From Nitrososphaeraceae archaeon (lineage in GTDB: Archaea > Thermoproteota > Nitrososphaeria > Nitrososphaerales > Nitrososphaeraceae): a stretch of 64,000 nucleotides of DNA. The stretch is taken from positions 1,740-65,739 of the forward strand of contig DASUQJ010000009.1 in assembly GCA_036280615.1 (NCBI GenBank), in the 5' to 3' direction. Every line of letters begins with the position of its first letter. Positions within the stretch are counted from its first letter, which is position 1. Of this stretch, positions 1 through 8,999 are shown piece after piece. The position numbers and the translations under genes were made by a program. The notes under the pieces were generated by a model, which had not been told where the DNA came from, made no database searches, and was given only the letters and a program-made list of their open reading frames with translations.

Positions 1-651
1 TTGAGCTCCGCTTTCCATTACCATGCCAGATATTTTTGTTGATTTCCTCTTCAGAATGTTCTCAATTTTATCTACATATTGTTCAATGTCTTGCTTTCCA
101 AATTTTTCATGTCTAATAGTTGGTGAATCTACCTTTATTGTTTTGAGCAGTAGTGACCTGTAGGGGGAAAAATAACCGTCAACATATCCCATCGACATAC
201 AACCAATTGTATCGCCATGATAACCATTTCTTAAACAAATAAATTCTTTTTTCTGCGTTTTTCCTTTATTGTTCCAGTATTGTATTGCTATTTTTAATGC
301 AGCTTCAATCGCCGTTGAACCATTGTCTGTGTAGAAAACCTTCCTCATTCCCTTTGCAATTGTTATGAGGCGTTTAGCCAGTTTTGCAGAAGGTTCGTTA
401 ACCAAACCAAATAATGAAGAATGTGGAAGAGTATCAAGCTGATTTTTCATGGAATCAATTATTTCGGTTCTATCATGTCCCCAGACATTGCACCACATGT
501 TACTAATCCCATCAAGATAACTCCTTTCGTTGGAATCGACAAAACTAAAACTACTCCCAGATTGGATCGTAATATTATCGGAGTTATTCCAAAGTTTCAT
601 CTGAGTATACGGATGCCAGACATATCTTTTATCAAGGTTATTACTATTCAA
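1..651 (-). CDS. bioA: adenosylmethionine-8-amino-7-oxononanoate aminotransferase (BioA-type class III aminotransferase), N-terminal part; the 3' end lies outside the window
   Basis: Own minus-strand translation (absent from the ORF track because there is no stop in the window): (M)NSNNLDKRYVWHPYTQMKLW..DGISNMWCNVWGH..FYTDNGSTAIEAALKIA..LRNGYHGDTIG. WHPYT and WxxxWGH are BioA-like. The only canonical in-frame start upstream of WHPYT is TTG at 651-649. Confidence 0.8.
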   Translation of the reverse strand, partial: MNSNNLDKRYVWHPYTQMKLWNNSDNITIQSGSSFSFVDSNERSYLDGISNMWCNVWGHDRTEIIDSMKNQLDTLPHSSLFGLVNEPSAKLAKRLITIAKGMRKVFYTDNGSTAIEAALKIAIQYWNNKGKTQKKEFICLRNGYHGDTIGCMSMGYVDGYFSPYRSLLLKTIKVDSPTIRHEKFGKQDIEQYVDKIENILKRKSTKISGMVMESGAQ

Positions 652-1000
652 TAGAAATAGCTTTAGTATTGCACTATTTGTACATTAGCCTGAGTCCAAA
701 TTGTTTAACAGAAAGTCTGCATCTGTGGCTAACTAAAAATTTTAAGGCTATTACACTATTCGATTTCAGTAAGATATTATTTCAGACTGAATTGATCCGA
801 GAGTTAGTTTTTTAATGTGGAATGATTTTTATTGATTTGACTAGTGTTGCATAAAGATATTAGATAGTTACTACCAGGACCATTTTTTACAAACTTGTTT
901 TTTGTTTCATACATAAAAAATTTATCCTAAAACAAGATTTATTTTTCTTACTATAACATCAAAATAAGTTTATTAACAATCTGAATATACCCATTAGATA

Positions 1001-1408
1001 ATGAAAACAAAAATATCTATAATATTGTTATTCATCTCGCTTGCCTTACTAATAATTTATGGCGCAGACGTATTATCGGCACAATCTGCTTCTTCCGATG
1101 GAGAAAGCGGTTTTCTCCAATTGAATGATGCAGTTAGAGGTGGCGTTTTCGGTGCTGGGGCCGTAATTTTATCTATCATTGCTTTTGGCATTTCTTTAAA
1201 AGAAAGATCCACATTGGTACCGGTGCTTCTGTTTATTAACGGCGGATTAATCATAGCGGGAATGATTGGATTGGCAGCTCAAGATGCTGATGCAAGAGAA
1301 AGTTCTACGCTTTATGGCACAACAGGCTTAGGAATATTGCTAATTGCATTGGGTATTGCAAAAGTATTCATTACGAGGAAAAGTAGTTCTCTAAAGAACT
1401 ACTCTTGA
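1001..1408 (+). CDS. hypothetical membrane protein
   Basis: ORF track 135 aa; hydrophobic segments ISIILLFISLALLII, GVFGAGAVILSIIAFGI, VLLFINGGLIIAGMIGL, GLGILLIALGIA; no family recognised. Confidence 0.6.
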   Translation: MKTKISIILLFISLALLIIYGADVLSAQSASSDGESGFLQLNDAVRGGVFGAGAVILSIIAFGISLKERSTLVPVLLFINGGLIIAGMIGLAAQDADARESSTLYGTTGLGILLIALGIAKVFITRKSSSLKNYS

Positions 1409-1497
1409 TACTTTCTAAATTCGAAATTTGAAACTTTCTTTTTAAGAGCAGGTATTAACATAACATTTAATTAAAGTAATATTTTTTTAAAATATGC

Positions 1498-1599
1498 GCC
1501 GCTGTAGCTCAGCATGGTAGAGCAATTTCAAAGATGATTACTTTGGAGCTTATCTGGCTGTTAACCAGTGGGCCATCAGTTCAAGTCTGATCAGCGGCG
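1498..1599 (+). tRNA. tRNA-Asn (anticodon GUU) with a 28-nt non-canonical intron (1526..1553) between positions 27 and 28
   Basis: Acceptor GCCGCUG/CAGCGGC, D arm GCUC-AGCAUGGUA-GAGC, T arm AUCAG-UUCAAGU-CUGAU, discriminator G, no encoded CCA. After intron removal the anticodon arm is ACUGG-CUGUUAA-CCAGU. A bulge-helix-bulge fold supports the splice sites (see finding). Confidence 0.8.
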
Positions 1600-1772
1600 C
1601 TTTAATTAATATCTAAATAGACATGGACAATTTACAGGATCAGTGATTGTTGTTACTAATATTTATATCAAACATGACAACAACCAAATATTTCAAAATT
1701 CGAATTTAGCAATATAACAATTCATGTTTCATACTATTATTTTTTGTTACAGGCGACTATTCAGAATTATTT

Positions 1773-2132
1773 CTAGAATTGAATAATATCCAACGCGATT
1801 GCGTTTGCAAGAAGGTCAAGATGCCTCGAAGCAACAATGTAGCCATTTTTTAATTCGCTCTTTGATATCCATCTATTTGAGGAAGACCAAAGTCGTTCTT
1901 TCCTAATTCTTTTCTCCAGTTCTTCAACATCTAGTTCTCTTTCTTCGATTTCCTCTGTGTCAGTTTTTTTTATCGTTAGCAAGACCTTTCTAACTAGAAT
2001 TCTAGTACCAAATCTTTGAGAGAAATCCCTAGCAGACTCATCATAATCAACGAGTTTTATCTTGATCTGTTTCCTATTTAGAACATCCCTACTTGTCAGC
2101 AGTCTATCATCAACAAATCTATCATATGACAT
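1773..2132 (-). CDS. hypothetical protein
   Basis: ORF track 119 aa, charged/helical, no recognisable motif; lies about 50 nt downstream of the DUF35 gene on the same strand. Confidence 0.5.
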   Translation of the reverse strand: MSYDRFVDDRLLTSRDVLNRKQIKIKLVDYDESARDFSQRFGTRILVRKVLLTIKKTDTEEIEERELDVEELEKRIRKERLWSSSNRWISKSELKNGYIVASRHLDLLANAIALDIIQF

Positions 2133-2182
2133 CTCGACATGTCTACTAAGAATTATTGATTAATTAAATCCTTCAGTACGTA

Positions 2183-2515
2183 TCAAGCAGATGAGAATTC
2201 AAAATAAGGCGAGTTATCCTTATCAAGGCCGCATTTGGTCAATTTTACCTCGCTCCCTGGATTCATATTTCCTTCACTTAAGATACCGATAATCCTGATC
2301 CCTGACATTTCGACTAATCCTAATTTCTTAGAATTCTCCATAAATGATGATGAATGTTCAATTAATTGCCCCCTCCTTCCCATTTTTGACATCCTGATTT
2401 TTTTTGAATAACAATTATTACAAATATTTGATGGCGGCCAGATTTTTAAATTACAAGTATTACAAATCGGAATCCTGAATTTTCCCCTGCTTAGGAAATC
2501 AATGAATTCTTTCAC
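2183..2515 (-). CDS. DUF35-type Zn-ribbon/OB-fold protein (thiolase-associated scaffold subunit)
   Basis: 110 aa; CNTC..x..CNNC four-Cys rubredoxin-like ribbon followed by an OB-like C-terminus; sits next to a thiolase, as in archaeal thiolase/DUF35 pairs. Confidence 0.75.
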   Translation of the reverse strand: MKEFIDFLSRGKFRIPICNTCNLKIWPPSNICNNCYSKKIRMSKMGRRGQLIEHSSSFMENSKKLGLVEMSGIRIIGILSEGNMNPGSEVKLTKCGLDKDNSPYFEFSSA

Positions 2516-2613
2516 GCCAGTTTAAGAACATTCACATAATTAAAATGATCAATAATTGATTACATTGAAGAGATTTCAAATACTATGGATAATTGACAAA
2601 CTGCAACAATTAC

Positions 2614-3717
2614 TTATGTTTTAGAAATTATGAGAACCAATGAAGAAGAACCTGCCGCAGACATATTATGCACTAATCCCCTTTTGCAGCCTTTAATCTG
2701 TCTGCTTCCGGCCAATCCCTTGAGCTGCTCGCAGATTTCGACGGTCTGAGCAACACCAGTAGCTCCTAATGGATGACCTGTACCTAATAGTCCTCCACGG
2801 GGATTGATTGATATGTTTTTTTGGAATACAAATTTACCCCCTTCGCCTTTTTTACAAAAACCCAAGTCTTCATAGGCCATAATTTCCATTATTGTGAATG
2901 CGTCGTGAAGCTCTACAGCATCTATCTGTTCTGGTTTGATGCTTGTCATTGAAAATGCCATATTGGATGCAATTCTAGTTGAATGTATGCTTGAGAGGTC
3001 AGAGCTAACGTTACTAAAACTCGCAGCTTCAACAGAGCTTCCTATTCCTTCGATCCAAACTGGGACATCTGTAAATTTTTTAGACTCTTCTTCGTTAGAA
3101 AGCAATACCGCTGAGGCGCCATTACATACGTATGAACAGTCCAGTAACTTTAATGGCTCAACCAATTTTTTCGAATTCATGACATCCTTAATAGATATCT
3201 TTTTTCTAAAGAGTGCATTGTGATTTAAGTAGGCATTTTTTCTATTCTTTACTGCTACCGATGCCATCTGTTCTTCAGTCGTTCCATATTTACGCATATG
3301 AGCCTTAGCAAAGAGTGCAGCCCAGTAAACAGGCAAGGTAAAAGAACCTCTTGAGATATCCCATACTAACTGCGATCCTTTAGTTTGTTTAATGTCTGCC
3401 CCAACAACTAACGCATTTTTACACAACCCTGATTTTATCAATGAATATGCTGAAACAATCGCATTAGTGCCAGAATTGCACAGGTTGTCCAGTCTTTGAG
3501 AAATTGTTGGTTTTATGCCCAAGTATTCAGAAATAATAGTTGATCCATATTGAACATCAGCGGTTGTGGATAAAATGACCGAATCAACTTGTACGTCCAT
3601 GTCTTTGTATTTTTCCAAGATGGCTTTGCAAGGATCGCACGCCAGCTCTTGTACAGAAAGAGGTGTTTCTTTAGTAAATTTTGAGGTTGATTGATCGACT
3701 ATTACTACTCTAGACAT
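2614..3717 (-). CDS. thiolase-family protein (archaeal acetyl-CoA acetyltransferase / SCP-x-like thiolase)
   Basis: 367 aa; thiolase-like segments NLCNSGTNAI, CSYVCNGASAVLL, GHPLGATGVAQ, NMSAAGS; start overlaps the LLM gene stop by 8 nt. Confidence 0.85.
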   Translation of the reverse strand: MSRVVIVDQSTSKFTKETPLSVQELACDPCKAILEKYKDMDVQVDSVILSTTADVQYGSTIISEYLGIKPTISQRLDNLCNSGTNAIVSAYSLIKSGLCKNALVVGADIKQTKGSQLVWDISRGSFTLPVYWAALFAKAHMRKYGTTEEQMASVAVKNRKNAYLNHNALFRKKISIKDVMNSKKLVEPLKLLDCSYVCNGASAVLLSNEEESKKFTDVPVWIEGIGSSVEAASFSNVSSDLSSIHSTRIASNMAFSMTSIKPEQIDAVELHDAFTIMEIMAYEDLGFCKKGEGGKFVFQKNISINPRGGLLGTGHPLGATGVAQTVEICEQLKGLAGSRQIKGCKRGLVHNMSAAGSSSLVLIISKT

Positions 3718-4711
3718 TTTCTACCAAAAGAAGAGAGTCACTGATCGATTGCATATTATCCTTGACCGGATTTACCTGCAATATTGGAAGTGATACTCCA
3801 CATGAGACAAAACGTTTTAGCGACTTAAAGCAGTCCTCAGTAGTTCCATGGATAGTTAATGAATCAAGCATAGGATCTGTTACAAATTTACTGATATTTT
3901 CAATACCATGGTTTTGATATTCAGTAGTTATTTGCTCCACTTCATTTTTGAAACCATGAAAGGACAAGAATTCGTTATAATATTTCCCCACAGCAACATA
4001 GAAAGCCAATGTTTTTGCGGCCCTTTCGCGTGCCAGATCTGGGTATTTATTTGATATGGCTGTGATAAAGACAGAACAAATTTCAAAACTTTTGGACTTA
4101 CTTGACGTTAATGATTTGATACGTTGTACTGATTTCTTGAGCTCATCAAGGGGACTAAGATACAAGATAATCCCATCGGCTATTTCTGTAGCCAACTTAA
4201 TCATTCCTGTATTTACCGCAGCTAGAAAAACAGGTATCTCCTTCCTTTGCGACGGGTGCATTATCTTTATATTTTTTAATTTGAAGAAATTTCCATCAAA
4301 GTTGATAGTTTCCCCACTAGAGATGATTCTAAAACAGGTTACATATTCTCTCATTCGCTTTAGTGGATGTACAAATTTGATACCGTGCCAGTCCTCGGCA
4401 AGAATAGGAGTACTAGCCCCAATTCCAATTATTGTACGATTCAATGAAATATTGTCCAAAGTGGAGGCCGCCATTGCTAGAGTCGCAGGAGATCTTGAAA
4501 ACATACTCACAATAGAAGTTCCTAGTTTTATCCTTCTCGTCATCGCCGCTATGGCACCAAGCATGACAAAGGCTTCACGACCCCAGGATTCCGGTATCCA
4601 CAAGGAATTTGCTTGCGGTTTATAATCTAGTTGTTTGGCAAATTCTAAAATATCTTGGGTGTTAAATAGACTGCTTGGATTGTAGCCAATTTGACCGATC
4701 TCATCAGTCAT
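3710..4711 (-). CDS. luciferase-like monooxygenase (LLM) family, probably F420-dependent oxidoreductase
   Basis: 333 aa; LLM-like profile (LWIPESWGREAF.., TRRIKLGTSIV, IGIGAS); ATGA overlap with the upstream nucleotidyltransferase gene. Confidence 0.7.
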   Translation of the reverse strand: MTDEIGQIGYNPSSLFNTQDILEFAKQLDYKPQANSLWIPESWGREAFVMLGAIAAMTRRIKLGTSIVSMFSRSPATLAMAASTLDNISLNRTIIGIGASTPILAEDWHGIKFVHPLKRMREYVTCFRIISSGETINFDGNFFKLKNIKIMHPSQRKEIPVFLAAVNTGMIKLATEIADGIILYLSPLDELKKSVQRIKSLTSSKSKSFEICSVFITAISNKYPDLARERAAKTLAFYVAVGKYYNEFLSFHGFKNEVEQITTEYQNHGIENISKFVTDPMLDSLTIHGTTEDCFKSLKRFVSCGVSLPILQVNPVKDNMQSISDSLLLVENV

Positions 4712-5400
4712 TTTTTGAATACTTCTTTAATTTCTTTTGACGCTTCCTCTACATCCTTATGAGAATCTATAGATCTCCAATAATTACTCGAAAACCTTTT
4801 TGCATTTAATTTATGTTTCTCTACCAGCATAGGCAAAGTAACAGTCTCAAGATTCCCGTTATCGGGCAGGTAATCAAAAATTTCGTTACAAAAATAATAT
4901 ACACCAGCGTTTATCCACGTATCCTTAATAAATGGTTTTTCTATAAACTTTGATACAAGATCACCGTTTGTTTCTACAATTCCATACGTACTTTTCAGAG
5001 GAACTAACGCAAGTGTCATTGATCCTTTTTCAGATATTGTAAAAAGGTCCAAATTAGTCAAAATGTCTCCATTAATTACAAAAAAGCCAGAGTCCGTATT
5101 TCCATTCTGAATAATGTGATTTTTCGCATTCTTTAGGGCGCCGCCTGTTCCCAGTGGTACGTTCTCTTCGATATAACTGATATTCACTCCAAATTTTTTG
5201 CCATCAGCTAGATGATGCTTTATTTTTTCTTTGAGATGTCCTACTAGTACGATAATATCCGATATCCCACATTTTTTTAACCAGTTTACCTGCAACTCTA
5301 TAATTGGAATATTATTAATTTGGATCATGGGTTTTGGCCTGTCAGACGTTAATGGCCTTAGTCTTTTTCCCAAGCCTCCAGCAAGTATAACAGTTATCAC
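4708..5400 (-). CDS. sugar-phosphate nucleotidyltransferase (NDP-sugar pyrophosphorylase family)
   Basis: 230 aa; N-terminal signature VILAGGLGKRLRPLTSDRPKPM, GTGGAL. Confidence 0.85.
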   Translation of the reverse strand: MITVILAGGLGKRLRPLTSDRPKPMIQINNIPIIELQVNWLKKCGISDIIVLVGHLKEKIKHHLADGKKFGVNISYIEENVPLGTGGALKNAKNHIIQNGNTDSGFFVINGDILTNLDLFTISEKGSMTLALVPLKSTYGIVETNGDLVSKFIEKPFIKDTWINAGVYYFCNEIFDYLPDNGNLETVTLPMLVEKHKLNAKRFSSNYWRSIDSHKDVEEASKEIKEVFKK

Positions 5401-5465
5401 TTAATCCTCACTTGCACAAATATTCTATATAAAAGTCATCCCAAATTTAATAGCCGTCGTGCACT

Positions 5466-6002
5466 CTATTCTCGAGAATAGATATACACGCCATCAAGAA
5501 AAACTCTCTGATCTTTGTTCTTAACTCTTGTTGATAACTCTATGTTGGCAGCTGTTTGAGAAACATGCTCAAGGTGGGGCCCTGAGATCACCACATCATC
5601 GCCTTCTATCGCTACCTTTGTTGACTCTCCTACAATCTTTGATATTCTGGCTTTTCTCTCACCGAAAAAGTTCTCTACATATACTTTGCCGTCTTTTACC
5701 TTGACGGTTATTGGAAAATGTGCGAACACTACTTTCATTTTATATTTGTAGCCGTTCTGAACGCCTTTTATCATGTTGTTAATTATACTTTGTGCAGTTT
5801 TTGAAATTGCAAAATCCTTCCTTCTGGTACCATAAGGTTGAATCTTTACTAAATTGTTTTCAATTGTTAAGTTAGCTGGAAGTTTTGTAAAATCCTTCTT
5901 AATTGTACCGAGTTTACCCCTAACTGAAATAATTCTATCTTCCAAGGCCACCGAAATGCCTTCTGGTATTTCTAATGTTGAATCATACTCATTAATAGAC
6001 AT
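5466..6002 (-). CDS. rpl6: 50S ribosomal protein uL6
   Basis: 178 aa, position after uS8, two-repeat uL6 pattern. Confidence 0.93.
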   Translation of the reverse strand: MSINEYDSTLEIPEGISVALEDRIISVRGKLGTIKKDFTKLPANLTIENNLVKIQPYGTRRKDFAISKTAQSIINNMIKGVQNGYKYKMKVVFAHFPITVKVKDGKVYVENFFGERKARISKIVGESTKVAIEGDDVVISGPHLEHVSQTAANIELSTRVKNKDQRVFLDGVYIYSRE

Positions 6003-6393
6003 ATCCTACCAATACTCCTCCTATTCCCATTTCTTGAGCCTCATGATGTGTCATGATACCCTTGCTTGTTGAAACTATTAAAATGCCCATATTATACGCA
6101 GGTAAAAATTGTCTCTCCCAATTCAGATATTGGTTCTTTCTAACGCTGAATTTTGGAGTTACTATTCCGCATTTGTTTATTTTTGCTAAAAGTTGAATCT
6201 TAAATTTGCCAGCCCTGGAATCATCTATCTGTTCAAATTCCCCGATATATCGATGTTTTTGCATTACTCGCAGTACTTCACTAGAAAATCGTGAAGATGG
6301 ACTTACGATGCATTCTTTTTTTCTTCTAACTTCGTTATTATACAAAGTGGTAAAAAGGTTTGACAATATGTTTAATGCAGGCAACTTATTCAC
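5992..6393 (-). CDS. rps8: 30S ribosomal protein uS8
   Basis: 133 aa; LSNLFTTLYNNE..., C-terminal GGVLVGYVY. Confidence 0.93.
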   Translation of the reverse strand: MNKLPALNILSNLFTTLYNNEVRRKKECIVSPSSRFSSEVLRVMQKHRYIGEFEQIDDSRAGKFKIQLLAKINKCGIVTPKFSVRKNQYLNWERQFLPAYNMGILIVSTSKGIMTHHEAQEMGIGGVLVGYVY

Positions 6394-6402
6394 TCATTTT
6401 TT

Positions 6403-6582
6403 CTATTCATATTTCTTGAAGCCTAATTTTATTGCTACTTCTCTGAAGCATTGTCTACATAGCATAATATTGTAAGCTTGAATTAAACCAGAATAGCAAC
6501 CACATCGCTTGCACCATCTGGTACCCTTTCCATGGACACGTTGTATTCTGCCCGTGACATCATAATCTCTTGGTTTTGGCAC
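6403..6582 (-). CDS. rps14: 30S ribosomal protein uS14 (type Z, zinc-binding)
   Basis: Not in the ORF track (59 aa). Own translation: (M)[61 protein letters not shown] start shares 1 nt with the uL5 stop (TAGTG); canonical position between uL5 and uS8. Confidence 0.88.
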   Translation of the reverse strand: MPKPRDYDVTGRIQRVHGKGTRWCKRCGCYSGLIQAYNIMLCRQCFREVAIKLGFKKYE

Positions 6583-7091
6583 TAGATCATCTCAACTCCT
6601 AGATTCTTGAAAAATTCAATAGCGTCATCTTTTGAAATTCTATGTTTCTTTCCCATTTTTCTCGCATTACTCTTGTTAATTATTCTGTAACCGGGCCTTG
6701 ACAACGATATGCAGACATTCATTCCAAATATTCCAATATCTGGATTATATTTTGCTCCCGGAATATCAATATGTTCTCGTATTCCTAAAGAAATATTTCC
6801 ATAGTTATCAAATGATGATTTTTTCAATTGATTATCCTTTGATTGTATTACTCTCTTGGCAAATTCCATTGCCTCAGTATTTCTAAGTGTAACTTTAGCA
6901 CCAATTGGTTCCCCTTTGTGGATACCAAAATCCCTTACATTATTTTTTGCGCCACATTGAGTAGGCTTTCTAGAAGTTAATTCTTGTAGTGCATTCTTGG
7001 CCCTCTCTAAAGGCTCACCAGATTTTCCTACACCAATATTAATTACGACTTTTTCCAAGCTGATTTGTTTCATATTATTTACTGTACTCAT
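6582..7091 (-). CDS. rpl5: 50S ribosomal protein uL5
   Basis: 169 aa, conserved order eS4-uL5-uS14. Confidence 0.93.
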   Translation of the reverse strand: MSTVNNMKQISLEKVVINIGVGKSGEPLERAKNALQELTSRKPTQCGAKNNVRDFGIHKGEPIGAKVTLRNTEAMEFAKRVIQSKDNQLKKSSFDNYGNISLGIREHIDIPGAKYNPDIGIFGMNVCISLSRPGYRIINKSNARKMGKKHRISKDDAIEFFKNLGVEMI

Positions 7092-7092
7092 A

Positions 7093-7812
7093 CTACTTGC
7101 TTACCTGAATTAATGAAGTGTCAGTCCCAATTGCCATTACAATGTCTATTGGTAATTCTACAGTTTTCTCACCCATTGAGACTAAAATGCGCTTAGGAAG
7201 AGAAAATGATCCCGATTTAATTTCTTCCACCTTTCCAATATTACCAGCGTTCTCTCCTCTGGTTACAATAATACTGCATCCTTCTTTTAGCTGTACGTAA
7301 TTTTTGATACCAAATTTAGGTAATTCGACCAAACATGTGTCATTTACATTATAAGATTCTTCACTTAGAAATGTTCTGCCATCGTGAAGACAATATTGAT
7401 ATACATTTTTCTTTGAACTAATCTTAGATTTGATTTTTTCCAATTTTAGATTTTTTTCATTTGCGCTTATTTTTATAGGTAGTAGCGGGTGTCCATTTGA
7501 AGGTACAAATCTGTAAAATTCATTCGAAGGTTTTATTTCAACGGCGTCCATCAAACCAATCGGAAAGTTTGGATGATGAATCATTTTGCCATCGACGCTA
7601 ATTAATCCGTTATTTAAGGACCTTTTTACTTCTCGAATATCTGAGCAAACATGTAAAAGATCACGCAATACTACACCTATAGGATAGGAAAAGCTTCTAG
7701 TGTGTGGTCCAGGCATTGTGTTGAGAATAAATCTTGCAGCTTTTCTATTGACTTGCCAGAAACGCGGGGCAAGTTGTCTTTTTAGTCTCTTATTTCCTCC
7801 TTTTTTAGCCAT
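7093..7812 (-). CDS. rps4e: 30S ribosomal protein eS4
   Basis: 239 aa; MAKKGGNKRLKRQLAPRFW N-terminus, KOW region. Confidence 0.93.
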   Translation of the reverse strand: MAKKGGNKRLKRQLAPRFWQVNRKAARFILNTMPGPHTRSFSYPIGVVLRDLLHVCSDIREVKRSLNNGLISVDGKMIHHPNFPIGLMDAVEIKPSNEFYRFVPSNGHPLLPIKISANEKNLKLEKIKSKISSKKNVYQYCLHDGRTFLSEESYNVNDTCLVELPKFGIKNYVQLKEGCSIIVTRGENAGNIGKVEEIKSGSFSLPKRILVSMGEKTVELPIDIVMAIGTDTSLIQVSK

Positions 7813-7814
7813 GA

Positions 7815-8225
7815 TTATGATTCTTCTCCAACTGATTCCTTCTTAATATCTGATTTTTTCGTATCCTTCCCTTTTTTTATGTTTGCGTTCTTATTTCTTG
7901 ATTTAGGGATACCCTTTATTCGATAATCGTCATCCGTATTGAGAGAAATGATCTGAACATTTGAAGCATGAACCTGTACTTTGACATTGCCTCCACGTAT
8001 TTTTTCTCTCTGAACACCTTCGATAGAGAGTGTCGATTTTTCAGTATTCACTTTCTCCACCTTCCCTTCTATCCCAACATATTCTCCTCTTAATATTCTA
8101 ACAGTGTCACCCTTAATTACTCTCATGCTTCGCTTACTGTGTTGTTCCCTTAAGTTTTCAGCCAGGTTGGCCCCCAAAAATTTATCCCTTTTATGTTTTG
8201 AAATCAGATTATAGAACATTATCAT
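7815..8225 (-). CDS. rpl24: 50S ribosomal protein uL24 (with a Lys-rich C-terminal tail)
   Basis: 136 aa; KOW motif VIKGDTVRILRGEYVGIEGKV. Confidence 0.9.
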   Translation of the reverse strand: MIMFYNLISKHKRDKFLGANLAENLREQHSKRSMRVIKGDTVRILRGEYVGIEGKVEKVNTEKSTLSIEGVQREKIRGGNVKVQVHASNVQIISLNTDDDYRIKGIPKSRNKNANIKKGKDTKKSDIKKESVGEES

Positions 8226-8229
8226 TGCC

Positions 8230-8664
8230 TCATATTATCGACGATGCCAAATTTGCTATTCTCGGCCACTTTTCTGCGGCTTCGGCAGCTACCGGTCCTT
8301 TTATGTCAGTTCCTTTTATTTCGCCTTCAGGGGTAACCAACACCGCTGCATTGTCTTCAAATGATAAACGGACACCACTTAATCTCCTGATGGGATATTT
8401 TTGTCTGATAATTACAGCTCCAAACATTTGTTTTCGCAGCTCTGCATTTCCTTTCTTTACAGTTACATTTACAAAATCCCCTACTGCGGCAGATGGCATC
8501 CTTGAATGTCTACCTTTGATACGTGTTACTTGGGCAATTCTTAATATTTTCGCACCCGTGTTATCAGCACAAACCAGATTTGCAGCAATAGGTAATGCCC
8601 TTGTGATATATGGTTTAAATTCCTCTACTCCTTTTGCAGAGACTGCTCGACTTTTAGACGCCAC
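8230..8664 (-). CDS. rpl14: 50S ribosomal protein uL14
   Basis: 144 aa; ..LVCADNTGAKIL.., GDFVNVTVKKG. Confidence 0.93.
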   Translation of the reverse strand: MASKSRAVSAKGVEEFKPYITRALPIAANLVCADNTGAKILRIAQVTRIKGRHSRMPSAAVGDFVNVTVKKGNAELRKQMFGAVIIRQKYPIRRLSGVRLSFEDNAAVLVTPEGEIKGTDIKGPVAAEAAEKWPRIANLASSII

Positions 8665-8986
8665 TCTTTATTACCTCCACAGTTACAAAAGATACTGTTT
8701 TTGATATCGGCTTACATTCCGCAATCTTCACTTCGTCACCTTCTTTTACATCCATACATGAAGGAAGAAATGCGTGGACCTTTGAACTACTTCTCTCGTA
8801 TCTTTTGTATTTTCTCACCAGTCTAGGGTACTCACGGGATACTACTATCATTTTGTGTGCCTTTGAGCTTACAGTGATCCCTGTCAATATTCTTCCTCTT
8901 ATTGAAAGTTTACCATGAAAAGGACATAGTTCATCCTCGCAAGTTCTTTTTGGTTGTGAAACTGTTACTCCAATATTTCTAGTCAT
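8654..8986 (-). CDS. rps17: 30S ribosomal protein uS17
   Basis: 110 aa; CPFHGKLSIRGR.., DEVKIAECKPISKT. Confidence 0.93.
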   Translation of the reverse strand: MTRNIGVTVSQPKRTCEDELCPFHGKLSIRGRILTGITVSSKAHKMIVVSREYPRLVRKYKRYERSSSKVHAFLPSCMDVKEGDEVKIAECKPISKTVSFVTVEVIKSGV

Positions 8987-8999
8987 TCTCTATCAACCA

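Noticed and set aside
1496-1600. Alternative tRNA boundaries using acceptor GCGCCGC/GCGGCGC
   Set aside because: This leaves 4 nt between the acceptor and D stems and 2 unpaired nt between the T stem and the acceptor 3' strand. The GCCGCUG/CAGCGGC register (1498..1599) gives canonical spacing.
2344-2396. AUGAUGA ... CUGA followed by a T8 run, considered as a C/D box sRNA antisense to the DUF35 gene (similar: 27049..27084 GUGAUGA...CUGA)
   Set aside because: No internal D'/C' boxes are present. The spacing is wrong for the 27049 case, and the elements are explained by coding sequence on the opposite strand (a Lys-rich segment gives the T run).
4056-4625. 189-aa plus-strand ORF inside the LLM oxidoreductase gene. 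Similar antisense ORFs occur at 8198..8704, 2936..3223, 26601..26990, 47696..48097, 49239..49583, 50774..51094 and 53441..53785.
   Set aside because: All lie fully within, and antisense to, genes with clear family signatures. They have no start or promoter context and no recognisable motifs, so they are typical shadow ORFs.
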